Assembly (NCBI RefSeq): GCF_018350175.1
Contig: NC_058368.1
Span: 60,638,001-60,702,000 of the forward strand
Source of the DNA: Felis catus
Taxonomy: Eukaryota
Direction of reading: 5' to 3'
DNA length: 64,000 nt
Made by a program: the position numbers and the translations under genes. Shown here in pieces: positions 37,681-52,875 of this stretch. How positions within the stretch are numbered: the first letter of the stretch is position 1; every line of letters begins with the position of its first letter. The notes under the pieces are model-generated. The model saw nothing but the letters and a program-made list of their open reading frames with translations, did no database searches and was not told the origin of the DNA.

Positions 37681-38059
37681 CATTAGGGGAGTAGGTAGAG
37701 AACATTTGTAGTTTCATGCTGGAATGATTTTAAACGTCCTGTTGCCATTTACAAACTAAATATTTCATTCCATTAGTTTCTCATCTAAAGCCTACCAACT
37801 CAGTTTTCTGGCAACAATGCTGCTCAATTGTTGATGACCGTCACCTTAAATATTGTTTCTTTCAGTCTTTTAAAAATTTCTGTAGTAAAACTGATTACTC
37901 AAAGGACAGTCTTTGGATGGTACAACATACACATTTCTCAAGGAAATACAATGGAGACTGCAAATAAAAATGAGCCCACAATTTAAGCTAAGTTTGGTAA
38001 CAGGGGTGACCTTTCTAGTATGTTAGGTATTCTGCCTTTTAGATATGTATTTTGGGTAG

Positions 38060-38556
38060 TGATACATGTTTTAATCCATTTTTAATCATTTTCTACCCTG
38101 ACTGGTACCCAGCAGGTTGATCTATAGGTGTTCCAAAATATCAATGGTCTTCCCTGTGCTCTGGCTTCTGGTTGGGTATAACCAGTGGGGCAGGAAATCA
38201 ATGCACAGGAGAAGAATAATGGCTGGGTTCTTACTCCCCTAACTTTCTCATTGTGGGATTATCTCAACTGGTAGTTTCCCTTGACCTGAGGTCACAGCCC
38301 CTTCAACCACCCTCCCCCACCCTCCCTTGCTCTGTTTGGATTGTGATAATTGCTTCCTGTATTTGCCCCCTGAGGAACTAGAGGTGGTAAGAACCCTATA
38401 ATTTCTAGCTCCCAGAATACTGAACTGCTTCTGCTTTTCCAAAACTGTGGTTTTCCTACACTCCCAGGGTTTTATGAGTGGTTCCTTACTAAAGTTTCTA
38501 AAAATTGCCCAAAATAAATGTGAAATGGGTCTTCTGTTGGGAACCTGGTTGATGTA
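38060..38556 (-). mobile_element. ERVL LTR, LTR33-like
   Basis: ccctgtgctctggcttctggttgggt...caggaaatc...ttcttactcccct; ttctgttgggaacctggttgatgta end. Confidence 0.5.
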
Positions 38557-39484
38557 TTTAGGGTTTCTTACATTTATACTACTGTTTTTTTTAATTAATT
38601 AGCAATCCACAGGGCTCTTCTATGAAAGGCAACAAAAAATATATTCTTTTCAGAGGACATGATTTTGAAATTTTCTGCTGTTCAATGAAAAACCCACTTA
38701 AATAACATGGCACATGTTTTAGCCACTTTGGATGTAATGCTTCTACTTTTACCCAATTTAAACTTGAAATCATGGACCGAGCCAGAAAATTAGAGAACAG
38801 AATACTTTCAGTTTCTTTATTGGGCTCATTTTTTTTTGTAACGGAATCCAGGGTATACCTTTACCTAACATTAAGAGCTATTATAAAAAAAAAAATGAAC
38901 AATAGGAAGTTGGGTTTTTTGTTTGTTTGTTTTTGTTTTCCTCATTGTTTTAATGAAGTTAAAGCTGCATTAGCCTGCATCTTGTAGAATCCACTTGGGA
39001 GAAAATTTTTTCAGTTGTCTGTACTGGAAAAAAAGTCCTGCATCTCTTGAAAATTAGATTTGTTTTAATATTTAGAAACTTAATTTTTTAAACTATTTCC
39101 TACTTGTTTTGGTGGTGGAGATGCTTAGTAAACTCCTTATAACTAATGTTTATATATTTAGGGTTTCAAAATTTTATACAAATTTTACAGAGCTCTATGG
39201 CTTGCATTCTTAAACGTTATTCTTTTTCCTGAACTATTACTTTTCTAATCTTATATTTGACCCTGATTCCATCAAACATGTATGTTCTCTTTGTATTGTG
39301 TGTATTCTTATAAACCGTCTTCAGTTACTTGTGACTGAAGACAGAGTAAAATTGTAAATATGTTAAAATAAATGTTTTACCTTGGGAATTGTTCTCAAAC
39401 CTAAGAACAATTGGTATAAAGTAACCCCTAATCCCAAACAAGGTGCAAGATGACTTATGAAGGACTTACAACGAGTGTGTAATA

Positions 39485-40065
39485 ATTTTTAAAAATATAT
39501 TAAAATATAATTCACATGCCATCAAGTTTGCCAATAAAGTGTAAACTTAGTTGGCTGTTAGGATATTTACAGAGTTGTGCAAGCATCACTACAATCTAAT
39601 TTTAGAACATTATCATTTCCCCAACAGAAACACCAAACCCATTGGCAGTCTTCATCTTCCAGTCCTTCCACTTTTTTCTTTTTTGAAAAAATTTACCTAC
39701 TCTTGACATTTCACACAAATTCAAGAAGCATACAATATGTGGCACTTTTGTCTGGCTTTTTCACTTAACATAATGTTTTTGAGGTTCATTCATGTTGTGA
39801 CATGTACCACTACTCCATTTCATTTTACTGCCAAATAATATCCCATTCTACATATATACCAGCAGTTGGCTTAACCATTCATCATTAATGGACATTTAGA
39901 TTGTTTCTGCTTTTTGACTATTATTTTTCTATGAACATTCATTTATATGTTTTTGTATGGATGGGCATATGCCGTCTACCTTTTGGGTACATAACTTGGA
40001 ATAGAATATCTGGGCTATATAATAACTTCATGTTTAACATACCGAGGAACTGTCAAACTACTAAG
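39485..40065 (-). mobile_element. Old L1M (L1MB-like) 3' end
   Basis: atataattcacatgccat...agagttgtgcaagcatcactacaatctaattttagaacatt...tggctttttcacttaacataatgtttttgaggttcattcatgttgt. Confidence 0.8.
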
Positions 40066-42740
40066 AAATAGTTTAGAAAACCATTTCTTATAATCCAGTT
40101 TGAATATATAAAAGAGCTTATGAATAGAATCTCTTGTGCTGGGCAGAGAATTCAGTAGTGAAAATTTGTCTGGTTCATTTTGCCCTCCTATAGACAGTAG
40201 GCAAGGGAGTGTCCTCACTCAAGTTTCTCCAAGTGGGAAGGTCTTCTGGAGAAACTTCTGGAAAACTTTGTCTATATCTTATTAAACCTGGTGGATTCAG
40301 AATTGAGTACCTCTCTCTCTTTTGAAAAATTCTAAAGAGTGGCAGATAAAAAATGGAGATCCAGAATAAGTCAAGCTGTGAAAAATAATTACAAACAGCC
40401 AACCAGAAACATGGCAAGTGTGCTGGAGTTCTGCATGTGAAGGTCTTTCTGTCAGTTATCTTTCTTCTTATCCCCCTCTTCTCTCCTCTCTATTTCACCT
40501 CAATCTTGGATTGAAGCTGTCTAAGAAAAGCTGTCTAAGAAAAAGGGAAGGAGGCAAAGGACAGCTATTAAACTGAACTCTTAAATTCTTCAAACTTTGG
40601 GTTATCTCTTACACCCAGGATGGTATGCAGGCCAGGAACATAGGTTGTGCTTGCCTTTTGTGACTAATGCCAAAACTGCAGGATTCACTTTACAGCACTT
40701 TGTCCAACCAATCTTCACTAAAACACCCCACATTTCTCTTTGATATCAGACTGGATATTACTCTTAATTGATATGAAAACATGCTGTTCTTCTCCCATTA
40801 AGATGTAACTTATTGTAGCATATCTTGAGTTCCTGCTTACCTCCCTATATGATGAGGTAAACTAGAGGAAGCATAATGAGGTAGGAGAACATGGATATCC
40901 ACTTCACGACTAGTTCTCCTAAACTTGCCACAGTGTTCAACACTCAACTGATGCTTAATAAGCATGCATTCTATGCATTAGTAATTAGACAGTGCATTGA
41001 TCTCGGTATCAAAAGGCATAGGGTTAAATGCAAACTTTCTCCTTCAATTGCTTGATCACATTTTTTGGAACATACTTAACTGTTTTAGTCTTAGTGTTTT
41101 CATCAGCAAAATGACTGTTGTGCAAGATGAACATTAATGCTTTTCTTGTCAACTCTGATTAGAAGACTTAGTTGCAGCATAACTATTTTTTAGGAAGTGC
41201 TCATCTACATTATAATTGTGTTGGAAGTGCCACAGTATCAATTACTGAAGTGTTGATCAGATATTATTGATGTACATCATCATTTAATTTGTTCTCTCTG
41301 GAATGATTGAAGAATATTTCCTTGTACTACATTTATTCCACCTAAATATTTAAGTATTTTCAAACAATTGTTTAATATTTATGTAGTTAATATATTTTCT
41401 GAGAGTTTCAAATATTATTTTTTCTTGATTTTATTTTATGAGATGAAAGTATAAAATTTTGGAATGTCTTTATTTGTTCTGATTTTTATCCTCTCTCAAA
41501 TATCTCTGACTATTTTTGTTTTCCTTTGGCATTATTGAATGTACCCACAATAAAATCAGGGATTTAAGAAGTATTCATTTATCATGTGTGCTTTCTCATT
41601 CATTGTTTTATAATAGATAACAATGCTTTTTGAACTCATGAATTTTTAATTTAAATATGAATATAGATTTTGCTATCCTGAATAGCTGAACCTGATGAAT
41701 ACTGATTTTATTATTACACAATGCAAGAAAATACACAGACTCTTGTTATCAGTATATAATTTATGTGAAATAATTTTCATATTTTGTACATTGTGGTTTA
41801 TCATAATTTTTAGATATGTATCTTTAAAAACATCAATGTGTTTACAATTTTGCCTGAGTATTAGAAAAAATTGACTTAAAAATTACATTTATAAATATAT
41901 GCTAGCTGTTTATGATAAAACTGAATTTCATTTATTTCACTGATCTAAGAATGTGCTGAATAAGTAAAACTCCTCATTAGATATATATAGAAGTAAAATA
42001 TAAAAGACATTTTGCAAGTCAGATAATATTAGTAAACTAATTATTTTCAAATATTTTAAAACCTGAAATATACATCCATGTCTCATATCAGAAAAATGAA
42101 TATGCTTTGCAAGAAAATGATTTGGGAAAACAAAGGAGAAATGATCCAGATGTATCTGTGATAAATGGAGAGCTGTCCAGATCATAGCTTAACCTTGGGC
42201 ACATTATGCTCCTCAATCTAAGAGAGTCAAAGATCAAACATTAAGCTTACTCTCCCAGAGAAGTATATTGGTATTTGATAAGGACAAAGAGCAAGTTGTT
42301 CATTCTCTTCACTGAAAGATGATGGAAAAGAAACAAATTTTATCTAAGTTCTAGGTTAGAGTTATTTCTCATAAAATGAATTCATGTGATTCTTAGCTCC
42401 ATTTAAAACCCCAGATTTCAAAACCTACCTGCCAATACCTGAAATACTCAAAAAAGAGGTTTGAAAATGCAGGCAATACATCAATGAACATATTAAACAC
42501 TTGGAGACTGTGGGATGGAAATTAAAAAAAAAGAAAAAGAAAAAGCGGAAAGGTGTTAGTCCTAGAAAGGGGAAGAGTGAATTCTGACAAAGTAGCAAAC
42601 ATATGTAGATAGCAGTGCAAGAAAGAACATTTTCTAGGGTTGCCTTTATATCCCTCTGCTTGAGCTAGACACTGTGCACCGGGGATAATTTTGTCACATA
42701 GCTGCAAAAAAATGTGTGCCTGTTTCCCTTAGTTTGTATA

Positions 42741-42746
42741 TACACG

Positions 42747-42791
<45 letters not shown>
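42741..42791. repeat. (CA)n microsatellite
   Basis: Seen directly in the sequence. Confidence 0.96.
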
Positions 42792-42792
<1 letters not shown>

Positions 42793-45730
42793 ACTTTTTC
42801 CCCTCCTTTGAATAGACCTGATTGTATATATAAATTATCTTTTCCACATGAACTTGATCTATTAAGATATTACTACTTTAATGTCTCTTTAGCATTCCCT
42901 ATTGCTCTACTCTTTGGTAGTTACTTTTTAAAATATATTTTATGCTACTGCAAGTTTAAAGTGATATACTATATCAATGGATCCCTCATGTTCTCCAAAG
43001 ATGAAAAAAAATTAATGAATCTAGTTCATTAGTTAATTAGCATGACATTGAATTTTCCAGGATGCTTTTTCTTCTTTTGGATGAAACTGAATTCAAGTTC
43101 TATAGGGAAACATCAGCTCTCTCACAGTTAAAAGTAGGTAAAATGTGATGAGTTAAAAATGTATGTATTGTTTGAGCCAAACTTTATACGTGTTCTTTCA
43201 GAGATCCACAAATGCAACATTGAGCTAGTAACCTGAAACATCGATCAAACAAGTAACACCCCTTTAACTCTTCTGGTATTATTTACCTCTAATATAAATT
43301 TTTTATATATTTCACAGTTGTAAACAAATTATATGCTGTCAGAAAGCAGAATATTGGGTAGGAAACTAAATCTCTGACACTCAATTGTCTTTAGTCTGAC
43401 CTTGAAAGCATTTGCTAACTTTACTATGCCAGGTATTTGTAGCACTAGAAAAATTAATAATGTGATCTTCCCTGCACTGATAGGGTGATAATGCATTTAC
43501 GCTTTGTCAGTGTAACAGTCTTTTCTCAGAATTTTGGTTGCTAGGGCTGTTGTGACATACTCTGCTTTGGCTCTGAAATAGGTTCTCTAATCCAATTTCC
43601 AAGAAGATAAATTCAAGCCAACATTCCTTGTTGGTTTTGATTCATCAATAGATTGATTGATTTAGTATTTATTTGGTACTGTTTTCCAGTGCAGAACCCC
43701 AGTAATGTCCCCAGTAAGAAGTAACTGGGCACAGGAAGGCAAATTAACTCTTTCTGGTATTACATTTTCATGCCAACTGACTTTCGCTTCCAAAGGTAGA
43801 TGTACCCTGTGAGCCAACTGTAGTTAATCATAGCCTAAATTATGTTGGCAGGGTCAAATGTAAAATTCAAAGGTATTAAGAAGATATCCAGATGATATCT
43901 AACACAGAGAGATAGTGGCAGGTTCTAAAGAGCAGATAGCCTACAAATTATGTCACATGTAAAGTTACAATATATTGACCAATAAAAAAGCTATGTTCAA
44001 ATAAATTTTTTGATGTTCATTTAAACAAGAAATTTAAAAAATAACAATTACTAAAGGTACCTCTTGATAGATTATAGCTTGAAGTCATATTTTAAAATAG
44101 CTGTGCTCCATGAATGCTATGTGTCAAGCATTATTCTAAACATTCAAATACATTAGTTGGTATATAATTTGGAAAACTCTTTACCTAATTACTGTCAACA
44201 ACGACAATTTTCTTGCATCTCGGTGAAAAACAGTCCTTACCTATCAAATTGAATCATATTTACTGCCCATATTTCTTAAGAGAATGTATATGTAAAATAA
44301 TTTAAGGAATGAATGAAGTGTGAAGCTAGAAGCATACTTGACAAAACACCATTATTTCTCTTACTATAAGGTTCATATTAAAAATTCCTTTCAGCTTTGT
44401 AGCTTGAGGAAATAATTCCTACTTTTGTGTTTGTAAGATACAGTGAACACAGAGAAAGATCTAAGTATGCAAAAATATACTAATTTGTTTATAAGTTCTT
44501 TTTTTGTGCTTAACCCCTAAAGTAGTGATGTACTGTCATCAGAGAAATTTCTTGTATTTTAAATGTTATCATACAAAAAACTCACTCTACTCCTCTACTA
44601 TAGCTAATTCGAAGTTTCTCTAAATCTTTTTATCTGAAAGGAAAATATAACAGGATTTAGAAGGGAAATGGAATAGTGCATGCAGAGAAAAAATACTTTA
44701 AAAATGTAATGCATTATTTCTCAAAATTAGCTGGCGATGCTTTAAAAATCAAACATTAAACCCATTCAGTTGCTTGCTAGTGGAGTCAGATTCTATCCAA
44801 TGTGGCAGCAAAACAGACAAGTATAACCTAATTTGAGTATGAATAGAAAATCTGTTAAAATGAAGTCTATTCTGTTACCAAAGTTCCTCTGGTATTCTGG
44901 AATGTTATAAAGTCTAATGAATAAGATTATTTGCCTGTACATAAAAAAAATCAAAATGAGCCTTGATATTGCTAAAATGTCAGTAAGTACTATAAGTCAC
45001 CTATAGGGATAAAAAAATTTGTTTCATTTACATTTGAAACTTTTAAAGGATGATAGCCATAGTTATTCTTCACTGAAATGCATTCTTTATAAGACTTTGC
45101 TCTTTTGGACTAAACCCAAGGATATTGGTAATAAGACAGATTCATGCAGTCCAAGAACAGGTTGCAAAAACTTTAGTACAGTCATATTCTAAATACCAAT
45201 ATAATATGAAAGAGTAACATACATTTAATGAGCAAGTAAATAAAAAAAATCTCTTATTTGTATTTTTTGTCAATAAACAAAACAGCCTGAAATCCTTTCT
45301 TCCACATTTTTAGTCATGTAATGTGTATAGTTAAATTGAATAAAAAGTTGGTACAAATTAATTACCTACCTCTCTCAAGGTTCCTTACACTTAAGCAAAT
45401 ATATGTTTTTCCAATAAACCTTTAAACAGTGTCCTGGCCTGATTTTAGAATCCATATATTTAACAAGTGAAATACTCTTTAATCTCCATAGTTCTATATT
45501 TTCCTTCACCTTAATGGATAGGTATTGCTAAGGGATGTTGTAAATCTTCAAATTACCCTATCGCCTGGCATACTATCCATTTTGCAGCACCTCATAATGT
45601 TCTGGTTGTGTTTAGTGTCATCATCATGACATAAAAGAAAAACCATACTAAGAGGGGATTTGCCATCATTAATTAATAACCAAGTATATGGGGGGAAATA
45701 TGCAATACAACTGATCCTTAGCTGTGTTTA

Positions 45731-45941
45731 TTTTTTTAATGTTTTATTATTTATTTTTGAAAGTGAGAGAGAGCACGAGCAGGGGAGGGGTAGAGAGAGA
45801 GAGGGAGACACATAATCTGAAGCAGGCTCCAGGCTCTGAGCTGTCAGCACAGAGCCTGACATGGGGCTCAAACTCGAGAACATGAGATCATGACCTAAGC
45901 CAAAGTCGGACACTCAACCAACTGAGCCACCCAGGTGCCCC
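45731..45941 (-). mobile_element. Can-SINE
   Basis: TSD ttagctgtg(t/c)ttattt. Confidence 0.95.
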
Positions 45942-46549
45942 ATTAGCTGTGCTTATTTTAACTTTTGTAAGTTAGTTACAGTATAATATATTTCATTGTC
46001 TAGGTTGCAGAGATTATGTGGATCTATACTGAACAAAACTCTTTTAATAACAGACCAGTCACTATGCTGATACAGTTTGCCTTCATTTCTTCTTGCTTTT
46101 GCCCGAAAAAGGAAAACAAAACAAAACTCTGATGTACACTTAATACAAGACAAAATTTTTTAAAAAACAAAATTGACTAGATTGAGTTTCTCTGTGATCT
46201 TATTCATTTATGATCAGAATAATATAGCTCACCTTTCATAGGAAGAACATTCACACACATCTCATAAAACTGTGTTATAGTAAAGTAAGTTCAGGTCTTC
46301 ATGAGATCAGTCTTTTAACATTTCTTTTCTTATAGATGATCTATTTTGAGGGTTAAGCATTTGAAAATGTTCAAATTTAATATTTCATCCCCTAGAAATC
46401 ATGATAAAATATTTTAATGTCCTGTAACGATGCCTGTAAGTACTAGATGCCTTCCTAGCCTTCACTGCTTATCTCACACAAGGTAAAGAGGAACAGTAAC
46501 TCTCCAATCTTCAGATCACCAGGGGGTAAAGCAGGCAAACTTCTCACTT

Positions 46550-46870
46550 GTTTTCTTGTCTGATTGAGGCGTAATTTGCTCATAACAAATGTAAGTAAAC
46601 AGCTCATTAAGCAACCACCAACGTGATCAAGTTATAGAACATTCTGATCACCCAGAACACAGCCTTTTAATCACTTTCCAATCAATCCTCTTCTCTGACC
46701 TCACAAGAGAACCACTGTTCTGAATTCTACCACCATAGCTTAACATTGTCTGTCCTGGAGTTATGAATATACGGTCTGTGAGAATACCTGCTCTTTTTTT
46801 ATATATTTTCTTTCATTTTTATTACAATGTACCATTCAACTCTATGGATATACCACAGTCTGTTTCAAAC
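46550..46870 (-). mobile_element. Old L1M (ME-like) 3' end fragment
   Basis: attgaggcgtaattt...gatcaagttatagaacatt...aaccactgttctgaattctaccaccatag. Confidence 0.6.
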
Positions 46871-47893
46871 ACTGCTCATTTCAAACCATTGAAATGTTGT
46901 GAATATTGATTTCAGGGGCAAAGCAGAATGTTTGTAAGACAAGGAGGAGGTTTGGTTGATAGCAGATGCTATGGTTGCCCCATTGTTTACCAGGGACTGA
47001 GGGGGATAAATAATTTTTGGTTTTTGTCTAGAGGAAGCAAATGCCTAACATACATCTGGAGAAAAGATTGGCTGCCTGAGGAAAATTTAGTCTTATATCT
47101 AATATGTGACTCTTAGATTTTAAAAATTACTAATAATTTTATGTAATAGCTTTACATGATATATTGATTATTTAACAGTACTTTTATGTGTTTGGTCAAG
47201 GAAAATGCTTTTTTGGCTATTCTTCTTTGATCCTTTAAAGTATGTATAGGATAACTTTCCAACTCTTGCCTCTTTTGTTTACAATGACCTATAAATTAAA
47301 AATATCTCCAGACATAAAATTGGGACTGACTGATTAACCTACGCACATTATTAAGCAATTGCAGAAAAGTATTTTGGATCGTGAAATACATTCTGCACAA
47401 AATAGTGTATTAAAAGCCTAATTTTAGTAAGTAAATTAATGACATTGACAACATACCACTGGTTTATTCTAGGAAGATTGCCTGGTATTTTGCTTCTGCT
47501 ATAATGTGTCTTAAGGATGTATTATTGTCTCTTAAATTGTATAAGCTTTTAGAAACACCATAATGAAGATATGCCTCTCTCATATGTGTATTTATTGATA
47601 TTATGAAGGAAGGCATAATGATCTAAACAAATATCTATATACTTTATAAAATCTATGAGCCATATTAGGATAAATTAAACAAATATTTAAGTAAAAATAA
47701 TGATGCAAAAATTTCAGAACAGCCTAGAAGTGTACTGGAGTCTAATATATTTTCAATCATTGTGGGGTTTTTTTAATCAGCATTTTAGCCATTTATATTG
47801 AATGTAATTTTCTAGTCTCCAATAAAAAGGGCTATGTTTATTCAAATACATAGTAAGACATAAGAGATTTATTGTGGAGAAGAAATCATTCCT

Positions 47894-47975
47894 TTTTTTC
47901 CTTTCTTTCTTTATTTTTTTATTTAGAGAGAGAAAGAGAATGAGTGTGAGCAGGGGAGAGGGGCAGAAGGAGAGG

Positions 47976-48025
<50 letters not shown>

Positions 48026-48146
48026 CTTAGCAGGCTCCACACTCAGCACAGAGCCAGGCACAGGGCTTGATCTCATGACCCTGGTATCATGACCTGACCC
48101 AAAACCAGGAGTTGGATGCTCAACCAAATAAGCTACCCTGGTGCCC
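47894..48146 (-). mobile_element. Can-SINE with long (GA)n
   Basis: Revcomp head ...ctaccctggtgccc, (GA)n, T tail. Confidence 0.93.
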
Positions 48147-48399
48147 ATAAGAAATAATTTCTATTTCATGTAAAGTACAAGGTTGTTGGAACAGCAAGTT
48201 GTTTCTATTTGTAAGAAAGACATATTCCTCAACATCACAGTCCTGAAAGGTATCTGATGAGTATTAATAATACACCATTTACACTATAGGTACTATGCCT
48301 TGTGATAATATTTAAAAAAAATGAGTATACCCTTAAAATTATTTTATGAACTTATAGAGTGTAGAATACATATACATATATGGCTATATTGTGTTTATC

Positions 48400-49100
48400 A
48401 TTGCTCATTAATTCTTTCAGCAAATATTTATTAAGCACATATTATATGCTAAACTCTATTTTAGGCACTGGAAATACAACAGTGAGAAAGCAATAGACCA
48501 AACACAAATAAATATGTGTGTTAAGTAGTGATATGAATTATGGAACAAATTTTTTGAACAAAATCAGAGACATAGGAAGAGGCTGGGTGAGGGGATGTTT
48601 TTTCTTTCCAGACGGTAGTGAAGAAGGCCTCCTGAATAAGTGATTTGTAAGCAATGAACTTGAAGACAGTATGTGAGCAAGCATATATCCAGGAAATAGT
48701 TATCCGGGTAGATGGTGTGACAAGTTCAAAGTCTCTGTGGCAGAAACAAGTTTGACATACTTAGGGACAGCAAGAGGTGGAATGAACAAAGAGGAAGATT
48801 GAGACTAAAAATAATGAGTGAGGGGAACAGTGAGAGGAAATGAAAAATTATCAGACATCTCAGTGCAAAAGGTGAGTAGGTTATTATACATGGGTTCTGA
48901 AATTTAAGGGACAAGTCTGTACTGCAAATCAAAAGTTGACATTCATTATCATAGATAGAATTGAAATTAAAAGTCTTGAAAATGGATAAGATCACCAAAG
49001 AAGGAAAACTAGAAAGCAGATGCCCAATAACTGAATCATGGTTCAGAGATAAACTAAAAACATGGAGAGGATTAAAGCTGAAGGTGTGAAAGACACACAA
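48400..49100 (-). mobile_element. L2 fragment
   Basis: cagcaaatatttattaagcacatattatatgctaaactctattttaggcactggaaatacaacagtgag is the L2 3' end; purine-rich body follows. Confidence 0.7.
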
Positions 49101-49980
49101 TAGGGACTGAAGCTTAGCTAAAGAATGAGCAACCCCTCAAACCCACGGCCTGAAAGGAATCAAGCCAGAAAAATAAGTACCTTAAGTATGTCTCCCCCCC
49201 ACTCCAATCTCCCCCTATTTCATTCCATGAGTTGATCCCAATAGGAAACCAGAAAGCAGGCAGCTCAGATGAAGCAGCCCACAGAGGCTAATCTTCTGTG
49301 ACAGATCAAGGAGAAACAAGAGAATAATGAATCTGTAGGGGGAAAGAGAGAGAATTATCTCACACATATGGCATGAAGAGTAAGTTGGATTTAACCAGTT
49401 GGTGATGATTCTAGAAAGTATGGTGGGGGAGAGAAAGGACAAGGAAATTGAAGAAATGCACAAGAAAGCCATAATAGTAATGCAATATGCACTCTGGGAA
49501 AGAAAGTAGGGAAAAGGGGAGAGAGATAGTTCAACAAAGTAGGAACAATAGATTTTAGGTACTGGGATAGTTGAAGAACAGCTGGAGTCAGATTACTATA
49601 CAAAGTTATGGAACAAGTTTAGGAAAGAAAGGAGGTGGTGGTAAGAGAGGATGGCACCCATCCTAGCTAAGGTCTATTGTATGATCATGCAACTATGTGG
49701 CTGAGGCAGACAGGAGAACAAAATAATTAGAAGAATTATTATAAAAATCATAGTATATAATTATACTACAATACACTTATATAATGATATATATTATTAT
49801 AATGGTATATGATAATAACAATATGTATCATTATATAACTATACTATAATAAAATTATATTTCAATTCTAAGACCATGAAATTTCCAAGCTAGGAGAACT
49901 CAAAGTACTGAAATTTTCAGCCATGTGAAAAGTGGAATTACAATGAATTAGGGAGTTATATTAGAATGAGTCAATTGTAT

Positions 49981-50205
49981 GGGGCTCCTAGGTGTCTCAA
50001 TTGGTTGAGCCACTGACTTTGGCTCAGGTCATTATCTTGCAGTTTGTCAGTTTGAGCCCCGCATTGGGCTCTGTGCTGACAGCTCAGAGCCTAGAGCCTG
50101 CTTCAGATTCTGTGTCTCCCTCTCTTTCTGCCTTTCCCCCACTCATGCTCTGCCTCTCTCGCAGACACACAAATAAACATTAAAAAAAAAAAAGAGAGAG
50201 AGAGA
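49981..50205 (+). mobile_element. Can-SINE
   Basis: Head, body, A/(AG) tail; TSD agaatgag(t/c)ca(a/c)ttgt. Confidence 0.93.
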
Positions 50206-50533
50206 GAGAATGAGCCACTTGTCAACATCTTTGTGAAAAAAAAAAGTTTTGTGTCAATTAGTACAAAAAGGTGATGTGAGAATAATAGGAGAAACAAAGC
50301 CTAGAGATTGTGCTGCAGATGGAGTGATTCCAGAGACTATGACTGAAAGTTTTTGTGGAGTTCATGAGTGGACTGTGAGGTGGAATATGGGATTTAGAGA
50401 CTGAAAGGGGGTAACACACTTGGGTTTGGGACACCTTATGGTGAATGACACAAGACAAAGATTTAGATCTGGGCAGGTTTAGTGCAAATTATGTCAGCCA
50501 TTTTGTTGAGGTGAGGCTACGAGCCTGGGTATG

Positions 50534-50546
50534 GAGACAGAGAGAC

Positions 50547-50585
<39 letters not shown>
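50534..50585. repeat. (GA)n/(GACA)n microsatellite
   Basis: Seen directly in the sequence. Confidence 0.93.
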
Positions 50586-50587
<2 letters not shown>

Positions 50588-51840
50588 TTCATCTTGTCAA
50601 GAACCTGAAATGATCTTTACTCTTTCTCATTTTAATGTGGAAGCCAAGAGTAGTGGTATATGATTAAGAAGTAGCTAATTATTTACCTCTTTATTAATAC
50701 TTGTTTGTATGTATTCCTATAACTCTTTTTGTAATTATTTCATATAAGCAAAAGGAAGAAAATAAATAGTGTCAAACTGTCAGACTAGAAGATGCTGTAT
50801 TATTTGGGGTTTTATTTTGAGTGTTTTGCTTAGGAATATTTGCTACATCAGAAATATTTTTCACTATTTAGTGACTTTTTTATATATGATATTTTTGAAT
50901 AATAATTAAATATCAGAACAATCTGGGACCTACTGCTAATGTGATTGTCTTTTAAAAGAAAGGCAAGTCAGGAATAGACAGATTTCTTGTGGGTAGAAAT
51001 TAATAGCAAGGAATCTCTGTTAACAGTGGGAGCCTTGGGGAAGTAAGGCAAGCTCTCTGTCTCCTTGATATTCTGGGTCCTGAACAGACACTTTTAATTT
51101 TCTTAGAATAAGCCTAGGGAAAACCTAAGAGCAATGAAGTCCTGTCATGGACCAGGATAGCTCACCAAGATCTTATCTGTCAGCAGCCATATCCATCCTC
51201 AAGAATGGATGCCTAGACATTGAGAACATATACTCTGGGAACATGAACAGGAATTTGGGAATATAGACTATGTAACCTGCTTTGGAAGCAATGGAAGATA
51301 AGATTGCAGTGGGGTGGGTAGTTGATCCCAGGTCCATTTATGATAACAAAAACAATCAGTATTTTTCTAATTTTGATGTATTATTTTTGGATTGTGTAGG
51401 TTGACGAAAAAAGATTTGGATAAACTAGTCTAGAAGCCATTCTGCATCTGGCTACTCGCTCCTGATTCTCTGTTCCTATTAGGTATTTTTTTGAGGGAGA
51501 GGTGTGAAGAGGAGGGAGTGTTTGGAACACCACTGATTGGACTTCTGTCTATCTGTCCATGTAGGCTTGGAACAGATGACTGTTGCACTTATAAATTTGT
51601 TCTGTTATTGTTCTTTTTCTTTCTCTCTAATTGCACCCCAAGCAAAAATGTACTGTGGTCTATTTTCTAGGAAAATAATTTTAGTAGCCGCAGAATCTCA
51701 GTGTCTCTTCCAATCTTGCTCAAACATCTTGGGGTAATAAGTACGTTGACAAAAGAAGGAAACATGATTAGATTTGATTCTATGTCTTTTGTTATACAAT
51801 TAATATTTTTTATATTACCCAAGTTGACTTTTATTTACAG

Positions 51841-52047
51841 TTTTTTTTAACATTTATTCATTTTTGAGAGACAGAGAGAGACAGAGCATAAGCAGGGGAG
51901 GGGCAGAGAGAGACACAGAATCAGAAGCATGCTCCAGGCTCTGAGCTGTCAGCACAGAGCCCAACCCGGAGACTGAACCCACAAACCATGAAATCATGAC
52001 CTGAGCCAAAGTCAGATGCTAACCTGACTGAGCCACGCAGGTGCCCC
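51841..52047 (-). mobile_element. Can-SINE
   Basis: T tail, gctccaggctctgagctgtcagcacagag, ...caggtgcccc. Confidence 0.93.
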
Positions 52048-52665
52048 ATATGACACACACTTTTAACAAAAATTACCCAAAACGTATAGGCCTAAATTAT
52101 ATAATGCTCATTAACATTGGTTTGAAATGATGTAAATAGGCCAACAGAATCACATAATGATGAAACCCGCAGTTTCCTTAAATTCATAATATGATGTAGA
52201 TCCATTTTATTTCAAAATGATTATTCTCTTTAATAATTAAATAAGAAAGGTTTGTTTTGAAAAGCTATATTATGAAAAATATGATATAGCAAATCATTTA
52301 TTTTGATTAAAATGGCCTATTATATAGAACATTAAAGATAAAATTTGATTTGATATATGCACCCTCATTTTGAAAAGTCTATTGTGAAGCGCTATATCTC
52401 TTGGTTTGACATTTTTCTGCACTTCAAGAAATAACAAAGGTTAGAGGCATTTTTTTGTTATCACTGGGAAAAGTCATTGCTTAGTCACTGACCTTGGAAA
52501 ATGCAGGAAAGATAAATAAATTTAATATAAAACTGTATTTTCTAACATAAACTGAGGCAAAATCTCATTATATAAAATTTTTAATCAAATTCCATTTAAT
52601 ATTTAAAAGTCATAAACACAAATTGTTAGATTTTCATGGGACTTACATGAAAATGTGCAAGTTTA

Positions 52666-52875
52666 GGGGCACCTGGCTCAACCAACAGTCGGTTGAGTGT
52701 CAGACTGGACTGCAGCTCAGGTCGTGATCTCACGATTGGTTTCTTTCAATTGAGCTCTGCCTTAGGCTCTGGGCTGACAGTACAGAGCCTATGTGGAATC
52801 CTCTCTCCCTCTCTCTCTGCCCCTCCCCTGCTGTCTGTCTCTCTTTCTCTCAAAATAAATAAACATTTAAAAAAG
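52666..52875 (+). mobile_element. Can-SINE (diverged head)
   Basis: ggggcacctgg..., gctcaggtcgtgatctcac, CT tract, AATAAA tail. Confidence 0.9.

Noticed and set aside
43261..43762. Near-repeat ttaactc(t)ttctggtatta about 480 bp apart
   Set aside because: Only two copies, no polyA or element between them, so neither a TSD nor an array can be supported
46515..46530. tcaccagggggtaa as a second CTCF site
   Set aside because: Mismatches at key core positions
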